64,000 bases of DNA from Azolla caroliniana (taxonomy: Eukaryota > Plantae > Polypodiophyta), in assembly GCA_043228905.1 (NCBI GenBank), contig JBHGNT010000006.1:10788001-10852000 (forward strand). Direction: 5' to 3'. Both the position numbers and the translations under genes were made by a program. The notes under the pieces were generated by a model, which saw only the letters and a program-made list of their open reading frames with translations, did not search any database and was not told the origin of the DNA. Shown here in pieces: positions 36,801 through 48,934 of this stretch; position 1 is the stretch's first letter, and every line of letters starts with the position of its first letter.

Positions 36801-39800
36801 ATGACCGTATACTCGAAGTGCCCATATCTAGTGCGGAACGCGGTCTTCCATTCATCTCCTGGTCGGATACTCCTGCATTGCTAGAGACCTAGACTGAATG
36901 AAGAGTATCTAAGGTTTTTTATATCATATTGGACTTTCATGAAAAGATTGTTTCGTTGTTCTATCCAATGACGTCTCACAAAATTGGAACGGATCGAATA
37001 GATATTGATAAGTTTCAAGCAACATATTATAGATAAGGAAATCCTTGAATGGAGAGCGGTTCCGTTTCCATCTACTTCTATGAACCAGAAGCCTTGAAGG
37101 ACTTCTAGCTCGGTTGGTGACAAATTGTAGATTGGTCCTTTTTAATGGTGTCGGAGGCTTTTAGTGATATTGTGAAGAGAAACATTTCTTCCTTGCGTCC
37201 TTCTTCCCGCAACTGATGTAGTGAAATGGTGGCAATCTTCTGAGTAGATCCTCGGGTTTGTTGACACCGGATTTCTCTTGTTTTCCAATCTATGTCTGAG
37301 TTATGTAACTCGAACCATGGTAATCCCAAAACGATGGGATGTTCTGGGATACTAATAATGTTAAATGATACTACACATGCTAAGTTATCTAGGACAATAT
37401 TAACGGGTTCTGACTCTTCTAAGATATTTCCGGAAGCAATGGGACGACCATCAATGACGACTATAGAGGCTGGACATGGGAGTTTTCTAAGAGATATCTG
37501 ATGGGCTTGGGCAAAATTGCTATCCATAAAGCAAGAATTAGCTCCGGAGTCTAGAAGTGCTAAGACGTGTACTAGAGGGGTACTTTTAGTACTAACTGTT
37601 ACTTGGGCTACGAACACATTGCTAACTTGCTTAGAGGGAATGGAACCACTAATGGGCTGCACAGATCTTGGGCTGTCCAACCAAACGACTCCTATTTTGG
37701 CTGGACTTAGTCGTTTAACTCTTCTTCTAATTGACTAAGTACATCAAATTTGTTCGCTAGATCTAGGCTATTAGTACTATTAGTACTATCAGATATCCCT
37801 ATTGTAATAGGCTCGGGTTTAGTACAATTAGAACTAGCAACTATTTGGTTTACCTGTCTTCTTGGCCTATGGGGACAATTTATTGCAATGTGTCTTGGTC
37901 CACCGTAGTAGAGACATAGTCGATTTGTTTGGCGTCGCTGCTTTTCTTCTTCGGATAATGGCCCTCGACGATGTGTAGTGTCAATCTCCATCGGAGTTGG
38001 AATATTCGCTGGAGGCGCATTATAGTACTCCCTCGGTAAAGGTTTTGCTACCATTGAGGCGTAGGTGGGCTTTGATCTTGCCCTTGGCATCTATAGTTGT
38101 CGTTTCGAATGTCGCTCAAAGAGGCGGTTATCACATCTCACCGCGCGACTGATTGCTTCTGTTAAGGACTTCGGCTCTTTAGGGAAAGTCAAGAGTAAAT
38201 CCTTGACATCATTGCATAAACCATAACGAAATTGCTCCATCAACGCTTGATCATCCCAAGGGATGTTAGCGGCGAGTAGTCGGAAATCTGCAGCGTATGC
38301 GGAGGCTGGACGGTCTCCTTGGCGTAATCGCCGGATTTTGTTGATTGCGGTCCTTATGCTGTCAGTATCCCCAAAGCATGCTTTAAACTCACCTATAAAC
38401 TCTTCAAAGTTGTTGAGTAATGGAGACTCCTTTTCCAACAGTGGAGTGAACCATGGCAACGCTGAGCCACTTAACAACGTCCCTACTAAACCCACTCGTG
38501 ATGCATCGGTAGGATATCGGGAAGGATGCATTTGAATAACTAATCGTACCTGATTAAGGAACCCTCTAAACTGCGATCGTGTTCCATTGAACCTCATGGG
38601 AAGGCCAATCTTGGGTTCCTTATGAATCCCTTGTGTTACGGGGCCTTGTTCTTGCATCACTACGATGGTTGCTTTGAGTTGTTGCAGTGCCGGGGAGGGT
38701 CAACCAGGTCCCAAGTTCCGTTGGCATCCAGTGCCCGCATTTCTTCCTCCATAGCGGCACACCAATTTGCGTCCTTTGCCGCTTCTGCGTAGCTCTCCGG
38801 CTCACGCACTTCCGCGACCTTGGTCATGTACGCGTAATGATGCACCATGTACTCGTTATACCTGTACCGTTTAACGGGATCCTTCTGGCGGGTGGACCGG
38901 CGTAACTCACCGTTACTCGGTATGAGACCCTTCTTGGCCGGTTCGGTCTTCGTTCCCGAAGATCTGCCTATGTCCTTGCCGAAGTCAGATACGCACCGAT
39001 CCGACTCATCATTGCCGGTCTCGAATTCCAGCATCTTTTGCTTCCCTTTCTCTTTGCGGTTGAACCGTCTCCTCGGTTCCTTGCGCGGGGAGAGCACGAC
39101 AGAGTCTCCACTACTCGCTGTCTCATCATCTGACTGGTTGGACTAATCTAGTCTCTCATTCGGTCTGCTTAACCGGAACGATTCCGGACTCTCATCTTGA
39201 ATCCCGGCTTCATCTTCCTCTACCTGAGCCGGTTCAGGCTCACTAGCCCCATCCTCTGACATCGGGTCGGGATCGGAAGTCGGAGTTGGTAAGGCATACC
39301 ACGATGCCGATTCATCAAACTCGACCTCTCAGTTGACTCGGACCTGCTTCGTCCGGGGGTTATAACATTTATGCCCCTTTTGCTCTTGAGCATAGCCGAC
39401 TAGGATGCATTTTTCCGATTTTGCATCCAGCTTTCTCTGCTTCTCATCCGGCACATGTACATAGGCTATGTTGCCGAATATCAGGAGGTGTCTCAAATTC
39501 GTCTTGCGCCCGAAATACAGCTCATTAGTTGACACCTTGTCCTCGATCTGGTTCTGGATGTAAACGGCCATTTAGACCGCCTCCGCCCAGTAGAACTTGG
39601 GCATGCTCTTTTCCTCCAGGATTGCTCTAGCCACGTCAATCAACGACCGATTCTTCCTTTCCGCCACACCGTTCTGTTGCGGTGTGTATCTGTAGCTGAA
39701 TTCTCGCTGAATTCCTTTTTGTTGCAGATAGTTGTTGAATTGGCCGGAAAAGTACTCTTTTTCGCCATCCGACCGTAGGTATTTGATCTTCCTCTCCGAT

Positions 39801-42604
39801 TCCCGTTCCACCATCTTCTGGAGGCTCCGAAAACACTCGAAGACTTCGATCTTTCGCTCAATGAGGTAGATCCACGTATGCCACGTGTAGTCATCGATGA
39901 AGGAGACGAAATATCGACTCCCGCCAACGCTAACATTTTGTGCCGGTCCCCACATATCCGAATGGATAAGATCGAGATTGTTACGGCTTCGATTTCTTTC
40001 GGTGGGGAATGGAAGCCGGTGTTGCTTCCCGAGTTGGCAGGCTTCACAAATTTGGACTCTCCGACCGCTAAACTTCGGCAAACCGAAAACGACTTGTTCC
40101 GTTTGCATGTCTTGAAGCCTCCGGTAGTTGACGTGGCTGATCTGCTTGTGCCACAGGTCGATATCCGACTCGACCTTATGTCCTTTGGTGAACAGTGAGG
40201 TGCCGACGTCATTGGTGTTGAGGATAAACATCCTCCCATCTCTGTGCCCTTGTGCAATAACTTCGCCCTCATCCTCAATAAAGTACCCGAGGTGCATAAA
40301 CCGCACCTACATCCCCTGGTCGACGATTTGTCCGACCGACACCAGGTTCTTCGTGATTGTCGGAACATGTAATACATTCATCAGCTTCCCCCTCTGTCCG
40401 ACGTGGCTCAAAGGGACTTCTCCGATGTGCATGATCGGGTGGGGAGTGTCGTCTCCAAAAAGGAGAACCACTCCTCGTGGCTTGTCATGTGGTTTGATGC
40501 GCCGGAGTCAACGTACCACACTTCCTCTGATTTGGAAGTGGTCTTCTTCATTGAGTTTGCCTTGTGCTTCATCACCAAGGATGGTCCCTTACCGTTCTTG
40601 GATCCTCCCGATCCGTTTGCGTAGTGCGAGCTTTGCCGGCTTTCCTTACCGGTCTTGTTGGATCCGGATTTGTCCGAATCGGCATGCTTTCTCCAGCACT
40701 CGCTTTCCCTGTGGCCCTTTTTGCCATAGTACCAGCATTCCGTAGCGGATTTGTCTTGCTGGCCTCCGGCACCACCTCGACTCCCCCTGCTTGTGGAAGT
40801 CCCGAAACTGTTGTCGGCACGCTCACTATGCCTTCGTTCCTGCTCTTGTCGTCCGCCTCCATTTCGTGCCGACCTGCCTCGTCCACCACGCCCACGGGTC
40901 TGATCCGCTCTCGTGTACAACATCCGGCTATCTAGGGATGCACTGGTAGATGCACCGGCGTGGTTCTCCTCTACAAGGAGCATCCACTGTAAGTCGAAAA
41001 ATGAGGGCGTATCTCCCTTGTACAAACCGTAGTCCGGAAAGCTCCGAACTTGGACGCCAGGCCTCCAAGACAGACCTGCACCATCTCGTCTTCCTCTACG
41101 GTGACATTAATAGAGGCAAGCGAGTCACAGATCCCTTTGATCCGGTCTGTGTAATCTGCCACCGACATGTTCTTCTGTCGAACATTGCTCAACTCTTGTT
41201 TGAGTTGCAGCTTCCAGGTAGTGGTGCTTGCGGCGAAAACCTTTTTCAAGTTTCCCCAACACTGGACGCGAAGCAGTATATCACCCTGCTTGCCGCCTAT
41301 TCCCACACTGGGAAGTCCTTGTGTGTCGTCTCCGGTGCTGAGTCGTTCACTCCGTCAACATAACTCCAGTAGCCATGCCCAAGCAGGTACTGGTGCATCT
41401 TGTATGACCAAGATGCGTAGTTGGTTCTATCGTGCTTCTCCACCGGGAGCGACGTAGCCATACCTCTATCCATTTCTCCTTTTGTGTCTGTTTTCCGATC
41501 TGTTAGGGTTTCCTTCACAAGCGTAGATGTCTGTAGCAAAGGTTCTCAACCCACGTGCTCTGATACCATGTTAAAGATTGCTTGCGGAAGCGTTAGAAAG
41601 AACAATACACAAAGAGAGAGAGAGAGAGCGTACGCGGGAGAGACAGAGAGAGAGAGAGAGGACACAGTATTTTCCAAAATTATATGAATACTCTGTGCTC
41701 TATATCTACAACGTGCTCATCAACGATATTTATACAAGTCCACACGGGACTGTTAGAAGTACGGTGTACTTCAATGCTCACACGAGCATCTGACACTAAC
41801 TACGAGACTATAACTGCCTAGTAGTCTAACCTATACTAGGCTTCTGGTTACGGATTGGATCCGGCATACTGGCTCCCCAGCTCACCGGTCCTTACTGCTT
41901 ACCGGCTCGGTTGCTCACCGGCATACCGATTCATCTCGCTTACCGGCTCAGGCTTATTCAGCCGATCCGGCTCCGGTTGAGCTTGCCGCTCAACAATTTT
42001 CTTGTTTCAAAGCAAGGAACTTCTCTTTCAAGCATTGAAACTCCAAGAAAACATATTGATATTCCTGAGCGCTAACTGGGGCCATGGGATGAAAAGAAAA
42101 GAGGAATAAGTGATTAGTATGAAGAGAGAGAGAGACAAAAGGAGAAATTTGTTCAAACTGTCTGGAATAGTACTAAACAGAGAGAGAATTAGTACTAGAG
42201 AAGGGAAGTACTATTAGTACTAAGAGGACGGGACTGTGTAAGATTCCCGAGAGAGGAAGTGAGAATAGGAGAGAGAAAGAGATGGCGAGAATGAGAGAGA
42301 GAGAAAGATGATGACAACAACTAATATATTATGTGAAAAATAAGTACAAAGTGGCTAAGAGGCTTAAGACTGGCGTTGAACCAATGTGGTTTAACATAAT
42401 GCATAGTGCCCTCTTTTATAGTGTTCTCAGGAGTAATCCTGAAGCTTCTAGAATGTTCCAGAGAAATCTGGAATATACATTAATTTCCTATAATAAAATG
42501 TAAATGAAAATAATATCCTACGTATTACAATAGATGATATAATGGTCAAGAGCTCGACCCATATAACCTAAGGTCATGGATTCGAGTCTTGTCATATCAT
42601 GACA
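33872..42604 (-). mobile_element. Tcn1-like chromoviral Gypsy H, degenerate
   Basis: LTRs 33872-34319 and 42159-42604; TSD gtcaa/gtcaa. Gag 37707-38684 plus about 41996-42085, PR LLDSGANSCF, RT YLDD, INT, and chromodomain YLVDWLGY. Confidence 0.93.
38685..41995 (-). mobile_element. 3'-truncated Copia element L inserted in the gag of H
   Basis: LTR 41569-41995, PBS 41557-41568, gag/PR (WYVDSGASNH), INT, and an RT start that ends at 38685. Confidence 0.9.
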
Positions 42605-43137
42605 GTCAAGCCACATGAGCCCTTTATTCGTATTAGGCCCATGTGACCCATCACATGGTTACGTAATTACGAATGCCTTCAGTGATGATGATCTCATTGT
42701 GGCATCGTAATCATGTAATAAGGGACGACCTCACATGAAGTGGATCAAGCCCTTGTGCTCACAACATCATTATGGCTATGCTTATTCCAATCCAATGTGC
42801 AACAAATCGAGGTGACCAAGGGGAAGAACAAAAAGAAATTTTTTTAAAGGATGGTGACTAGACGCCTTTCTTAGAAAAAATATGAGGACGGCCACCAAGT
42901 TCCTTTCCCCAAAAAGGGTCCAACCTTCGATATACCAATATCACATAATAAATACTCATATACACATATATATGTTTATCACATGTATATGATCAAATAT
43001 GTATACAAGTGATTACATAGGCATATATTAAAGAATCGTTAACATAACATAGGCTACGAATGTTGTAATTGAGATACGTAATCAAGGCATATAGCCTCTA
43101 CGCACACGAAACATCCAAATAAGGGTGAATGTAATAT

Positions 43138-43335
43138 GCAATCGAGGTATTTGCCTCTTATGCATATGACACAATTGCATATAAAAGACATAGAAATTGA
43201 GGTATTGACCTCATACACATGTAACATATGTATGTGAACCTAATACACAATTGAGGTATTGACCTCATATGCATACGATACAAATCACATATCAATTATA
43301 TGTTAATTGAGGTATTGACCTCATACACATATGTA
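43138..43335. repeat. Array of 4 palindromic repeats (ttGAGGTattgACCTC), period about 55 bp
   Basis: Copies near 43141, 43196, 43250 and 43307; a homologous array lies at 49727-49925. Confidence 0.85.
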
Positions 43336-44377
43336 AACGTTTTAAACAACCAATTATTACCATTACAACATAATTGAATTAATGAAATTATTACATATTG
43401 ACTTAAACATGATTAGAATAGGAGAAGAAAGAATAGAAAAAAAATTAAGAAAGGAATACCGAGGTTCTTTTGTTGATGCCTTTCTGGATCAAGCTCGACT
43501 GCGCATCGATCAATCACCATCCAACAAAAACAAACCAATCAACAAAAGAAACATTAGAAAATACGCTTTGATACCAACTATTAGAGCTAGATATTAATGT
43601 AAGCATGAGATAAGGAAATAAGAGATAGATAGATAAGAGAGGAGAGAGAAAGAAGAGTGTCGATCCACGTGAGCTAACCAAATGGTTTGCTCCTTTTGAA
43701 TGTTTAATGTTTATGCGTATGAGGGATATGCGAAGGCATTTGCCCATATATGTTTTTTAAAAGAAAACATATGTGTCTAGAAACCTCATTTCCTCCTTGT
43801 TAACTAGACAACTATGTTGGTACATTACCCAACCTCAAATCTCATCATTACAATGGCATCCCATAAGGAGCAACCTAATAGTCAAGCCAACACTCGCCAT
43901 CTTTTCATAGTAGGCCTATGTGGCCCATCACATGGTTACATCATTATGAAAACCTTTCATAATGATGATCTCATGGTGGTATCGTAATCATGTAACGATC
44001 GAGGGATGTTGGATGCGTGTGTCATAGGGGCGACCTCCCATGAAGTGGATCAAGCCCTTACTATCACGGATCATAAACTCAAGAGACAACCAAGAAGATA
44101 ACCAAATGGACAAGAAAGAAGATAGTACTAAAGGAAAGACTCCATAACTGGTGTTGTTCACCTTGAATTCCTTCAAGGTGAACTCCTCTATTTATACTAC
44201 ATGGCATGCATACTTGTTGCACGCATGTGAATCTACAATAGAGCATGTAGGTATGCATGCATGTGCCAAGTGTAAATACTACAAGGGAGCAACTATGCAC
44301 ATGATGCTAGCAAAATAATAAGGACCAATTATATACATAACTAGTACTAGATATCTTGGTTAACTCATAATAGTAGA

Positions 44378-47300
44378 TTATAACATGGTCGTGTCAAGAG
44401 TTCGAATCTTGACATTATCCCCCCTCTTACGCCGCCTTCCCAAATCGGTCGCTGGTTTGTGGGGATATCGGTGATGAAAATCTTGGATGACCTCTGGGGC
44501 ATTTTGTAAATTTGCCGATGGTTCCCATGTGGCCTCAGACATGGGGTAACCCCTCCATAGGACGAGGTATTGCAAGTGTCGACGGTGCCAACGTGAGTCA
44601 AGGATTTGGTCGACCTCGTATTCCTCCCCTGTCGTCAATTGCACAGGTGGTGGTGGTGGGGCTTGACGTCCTGGGAGTTGTGAAGCATAATGGGGTTCGA
44701 GGAGGGAGACATGAAAAACATCGTGAATCCGGAAGTGGGATGGAAGGGCAAGCCGGAAGGTGACGGGATTGATGCACTCGATGATACGGAATGGTCCCAA
44801 CTTCTTGTAATCAAGTTTCACACATGGACGAGTAGTAGAGATGTGTCGACGTAACAACCAGACCATGTCTCCAACGACAAAGTGTGGAGTGGAAGATCGA
44901 TGGCGATCAGCCTGCTTCTTGTATTGTTCATTAGCAAGACTAAGCTCCAAGGATAAATCATGATATACTTCTTCCAAAATGCGGGCACGATCCTCCACCG
45001 AAGGGTTCACGGAAGTGGTAGGAAGGGAAATGTTGAAGCGAGGATGTAAACCATAGTTGGCAAAGAAGGGAGTGACGCCAGTCGATGCATGGAGAGAATT
45101 ATTGTAGGAGAATTCCGCGAGCGAAAGTAAGTTGACCCAATCATCTTGTTGGTAACTAACCGAGCACCGAAGATACTGCTCAAGGATTTGGTTGACACGC
45201 TCTGTTTGCTCGTCAAATTGGGGGTGATAAGTGGAGGACAACTTGACAGAGATGCCTAAAGTTTGTAGCAGGCACTGCCAGAAGTGAGAGACAAACTGGG
45301 GTCCGCGATCCGAGATGACATCATCGGGGAGTCCATGCAAGCGTACTACATTGTTGAGTAGGAGATGCACCATTCCTTCTCCGGAAATGGTTTTGGAGCA
45401 TGGAGTGAAGTTAGCCGTCTTCGTAAACCGATCGACAACGACCAACACCGAGTCATAGCTATTGACCAAGGGTAGATCAGTTATCAGGTCCATAGAGATA
45501 GAGGCCCAAGGACGACGAGGACATGGAAGCGACTGTAGTAAGCCGTATGGCCGATGATGAATGGCTTTGGAGCGAGCACAAACCTCACAACTCTTTATGT
45601 ATTCTTTGACCAGCTTCCATGGTTGTGGCCACCAATACCCCCGAGAGATTAGCTCGAGGGTTTTTGCGACCCCGAAATGACATGCAAGTGGGTCATCGTG
45701 GCATTCCCGCAACACCCGGGTGCGACATGGGCCCTCTGGGACGTATAAGAGATGATCTCGGAACAACAAACCCTCTTGTATGGTGAAGGTGCCAAGATCC
45801 TTCCTTTTGGTCGCCTTGGAGGGGTTTTGCAGACTATCTCGAATCTCGTTGGCGAACGCATCGGTCTTGGATGCATCAGTGATTTGTTGGAGTAAAGAAT
45901 CATCCTGCAACATACAAGTGGCAAACAGATGCAATTGGTCGGGTTTCAACAAACGTCTAGATTGTTGAGCATAAGCAGCATCCCCAGGGCGGAGTGCAAG
46001 GTCAGCTCGGCGAGAAAGGGCATCAGCCTTCCCATGTTGGCCACCAGGTCGAAATACGATCTCAAAATTGTAGTCGGCGAGAAATGTCGACCAACGGGCC
46101 TGCCTTCGATTCAAAGTACGAGTGGTGGAAAAATAAACTAAATTTTTATGATCAATCACTACCTGGACACGATGTTGTGCGCCGGCCAAGTAGGGTCGCC
46201 ATTCTTCAAAGGCAGCAATGATAACAGCAAGCTCCTTGTCGTAAATGGGATAATTGATTTCGGATGCCGTAAATTTTCGGGAATAGTAAGCCACTGGGTG
46301 CATTAGGTTGTTGTTGTTTGCTTGGGATAAGATGGCGCCAATGGCAAAGTCAGAGGCATCGGTTTCGACTTGGAAGGGTTTTGTGGGGTCGGCATGTAGC
46401 AGCACCGGGGCAGTGATGAATGCGTGTTTGAGTGAGTCGAACGCATTTTGTGCCTCCGAGGTCCATAAAAATGGAGTGCCTTTATGGGTGAGAGCGATAA
46501 GAGGTTGTGCTAGGGTGGAAAACCCCTTGATGAAGCGACGGTAAAAATTCACGAAGCTGAGGAAGGATTGCACATCTTTAAGTCGCCTTGGAGTCGCCCA
46601 CGCCTGAATGACAGAGACCTTCTTCATATCCATGGTGATACCAGTGGGCGAGATGATGTAGCCCAGATATTCGATCGAGGTACGGTCGAACTCGCATTTC
46701 TCTCCTTTGGCATAAAGGCCATGCTCGCGAAGTTTGGCAAGAACTAATCGGACTTGGCGAGTGTGCTCCTCCATGTTTGGCGAGAAAATGAGAATATCAT
46801 CGACGTAAATGACAACAAAAAGATCAAGATATTCCCGGAAAATATCGTTCATCATATGTTGAAAAACTGCGGGAGCATTAGTAAGACCAAAAGGCATTAC
46901 CTTGTATTCGAAATGCCCATACCGTGTTCGAAATGCGGTTTTCCATTCATCCCCCGGCTTGATGCGTACTAGATTGTATGCTCCACGCAGATCAACTTTG
47001 GAGAAGACACGCGCAACTCGGAGCCGATCAAGGAGTTTGGGGATCAGAGGTAGGGGATAGCGGTTGCGCACAGTGAGTTTGTTGAGACCTCGGTAGTTGA
47101 CGCATAAGCGAAGAGAGACGTCCTTCTTCTTCACAAATAAAATGGGGGCCCCGGCTGGTGACTTAGAAGGTTGAATAAAGCCTTTCTCGAGGTTTTCATC
47201 GAGATACACATGAAGGGCCTTCAACTCTGGTGCAAACAACGCATATAGAGGACCAAAGGGTGGACACGCACCTTCTTGAAGATCAATCGGACAGTCGTAG

Positions 47301-47857
47301 AGCCGGTGTTCAGGCAACCGATCAGCATTACATTTTTCAAATACGTCGGAGAAGTGTTGGTATTTTTCGGGAATAACATGGAGTGTGTTAGAAATGGCGC
47401 CACAAACAAACCCATCCTGGACGGATGATGGGGTAGTCAATTCGGAGTCGACTGTCTCCGAAGGATAGGAAACTGAATTTACCTTCATACTTTTGCACGA
47501 GCATCTTGGCTTGCTAAATGTGATCGAGCGGTTGCACCAATCCACTATTGGATTGTGCGCCTCCAACCACGTTAGTCCTAAGACGATCGGATGTCGAGGA
47601 GATGCGATGAGGTAAAAGGTGAGCTCCTCTTGGTGTGAGCCCACCCGAAGCCCTAATGGGATTGTAGCTTGAGTAATTGCACCTGACGAGAGGACGCACC
47701 CGTCGATGGCTTCAACTGGAATGGGTTTTGAGAGGCCAACGACAAGTACGCCATGTGCTTGGGCAAACGCGACGTCGATGAAGCAAGAAGATGCCCCAGA
47801 ATCAAGTAAAGCAACAGACTGAATGGAACTAGAGTTAAACGAAAGCCATACCTCCAA
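44378..47857 (-). CDS. pol: Pol polyprotein (PR-RT-RH-INT-chromodomain)
   Basis: 1159-aa ORF with LLDSGASSCF, YVDD, ETDASDFA, HHCC zinc finger, SDRGPQF, GPF and YLVLWRGY. Confidence 0.95.
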   Translation of the reverse strand: MEVWLSFNSSSIQSVALLDSGASSCFIDVAFAQAHGVLVVGLSKPIPVEAIDGCVLSSGAITQATIPLGLRVGSHQEELTFYLIASPRHPIVLGLTWLEAHNPIVDWCNRSITFSKPRCSCKSMKVNSVSYPSETVDSELTTPSSVQDGFVCGAISNTLHVIPEKYQHFSDVFEKCNADRLPEHRLYDCPIDLQEGACPPFGPLYALFAPELKALHVYLDENLEKGFIQPSKSPAGAPILFVKKKDVSLRLCVNYRGLNKLTVRNRYPLPLIPKLLDRLRVARVFSKVDLRGAYNLVRIKPGDEWKTAFRTRYGHFEYKVMPFGLTNAPAVFQHMMNDIFREYLDLFVVIYVDDILIFSPNMEEHTRQVRLVLAKLREHGLYAKGEKCEFDRTSIEYLGYIISPTGITMDMKKVSVIQAWATPRRLKDVQSFLSFVNFYRRFIKGFSTLAQPLIALTHKGTPFLWTSEAQNAFDSLKHAFITAPVLLHADPTKPFQVETDASDFAIGAILSQANNNNLMHPVAYYSRKFTASEINYPIYDKELAVIIAAFEEWRPYLAGAQHRVQVVIDHKNLVYFSTTRTLNRRQARWSTFLADYNFEIVFRPGGQHGKADALSRRADLALRPGDAAYAQQSRRLLKPDQLHLFATCMLQDDSLLQQITDASKTDAFANEIRDSLQNPSKATKRKDLGTFTIQEGLLFRDHLLYVPEGPCRTRVLRECHDDPLACHFGVAKTLELISRGYWWPQPWKLVKEYIKSCEVCARSKAIHHRPYGLLQSLPCPRRPWASISMDLITDLPLVNSYDSVLVVVDRFTKTANFTPCSKTISGEGMVHLLLNNVVRLHGLPDDVISDRGPQFVSHFWQCLLQTLGISVKLSSTYHPQFDEQTERVNQILEQYLRCSVSYQQDDWVNLLSLAEFSYNNSLHASTGVTPFFANYGLHPRFNISLPTTSVNPSVEDRARILEEVYHDLSLELSLANEQYKKQADRHRSSTPHFVVGDMVWLLRRHISTTRPCVKLDYKKLGPFRIIECINPVTFRLALPSHFRIHDVFHVSLLEPHYASQLPGRQAPPPPPVQLTTGEEYEVDQILDSRWHRRHLQYLVLWRGYPMSEATWEPSANLQNAPEVIQDFHHRYPHKPATDLGRRRKRGDNVKIRTLDTTML

Positions 47858-47917
47858 TGTGAAATTGCCTGATGGTCCGGCAATGGAACCAAGAGAATGT
47901 GGGCGACGGGAGATGTC

Positions 47918-48934
47918 CTACTGCAACCGAACAATGTCGTTTTCCGAATGTTGGGGTCCGTTAGCTCGATGGAATTGTGGGCGAGTACTCCTAGGAAAAT
48001 GGCGAACGACATGACCAGAGGCGCCACAATACATGCAGAAGCCATTAGCCCGCCGAAATTGTCGTTCAGCATCAGTCAATGGCCGAAATCGGGCTTGATC
48101 AATTTCCATGGGGACAGGACCATCTGCCAAAGTAGGCGAGTGTGAGGATGCTTGGGGTTGTATGACCGGGGCGTGGCGTGGAAGTGAATGAGGTGGAACC
48201 CAAGTTCGGCGCTCTTCTTGGCGAAATTCGAAAATATGATTGTCACAATGGACTGCTTGTGAAATCTCTTGGGATAACGAGGTGGGCTCCGGAAAGTTTA
48301 AGAGAAGATTCTTGACATTGCTTCGAAGACCGCGCCGAAAGTGATCAGCTAAAGCTTGATCATCCCAATTGACGTCGCATGCTAGTTGTCGAAATTCAGA
48401 AGCATAGACCGAAGCTGCACGTGAACCTTGTTCGAGTGCATAAATCTTGTTAAGAGTTGTACGTCGTCGGTCCGTCTTTCCAAATGTGGCCTCTAACTCG
48501 GCGAGGAAGGCGGGAAAGTCCTCCAATAAAGGTGATGAGGTTTCTACCAATGGTGCAAACCAAGCTTGGGCCGGACCCGAGAGAAGGGTGCCCACAAGGC
48601 TGACTTGTCGAAGACCATCTCCATAACGTTGAGGTTGTAGCCAAATGATAAGTCGAACTTGGTTGATGAACCCTCGGAAACGCGACCTCGTTCCATCAAA
48701 TTTTTCTGGGAGGGTAACCTTAGACTCAAGAAACTGTGACGAAGCTAGGCTAGATGTTGGTAGAAGATCGGGCTCTAGGCTAGGTTGTTGTGGGAGACTA
48801 GGGTTCGGGGGTTGTGAGGATAGGGAGGTACCGACTTGAAGTTCTTGTAAAGAATTTCGAAGAGCTTCATTTTCAAGCTGTAGTTGTCGTAAGGCTACCA
48901 TTATTTGGCCTAACTCACTAGTTGAGTCGGACAT
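47918..48934 (-). CDS. gag: Gag (PEG10/Tcn1-like capsid plus zinc knuckle)
   Basis: 338 aa; LPEKFDGTRSRFRGF, PVPMEID, CMYCGASGH. Confidence 0.93.
   Translation of the reverse strand: MSDSTSELGQIMVALRQLQLENEALRNSLQELQVGTSLSSQPPNPSLPQQPSLEPDLLPTSSLASSQFLESKVTLPEKFDGTRSRFRGFINQVRLIIWLQPQRYGDGLRQVSLVGTLLSGPAQAWFAPLVETSSPLLEDFPAFLAELEATFGKTDRRRTTLNKIYALEQGSRAASVYASEFRQLACDVNWDDQALADHFRRGLRSNVKNLLLNFPEPTSLSQEISQAVHCDNHIFEFRQEERRTWVPPHSLPRHAPVIQPQASSHSPTLADGPVPMEIDQARFRPLTDAERQFRRANGFCMYCGASGHVVRHFPRSTRPQFHRANGPQHSENDIVRLQ

Noticed and set aside
39640-40745. Long alternate-frame and antisense ORFs
   Set aside because: They overlap GC-rich Copia coding sequence and show no independent motifs.
43138-43335. 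CRISPR array
   Set aside because: Eukaryotic retrotransposon context, no cas genes, short degenerate repeats and partly homologous spacers.
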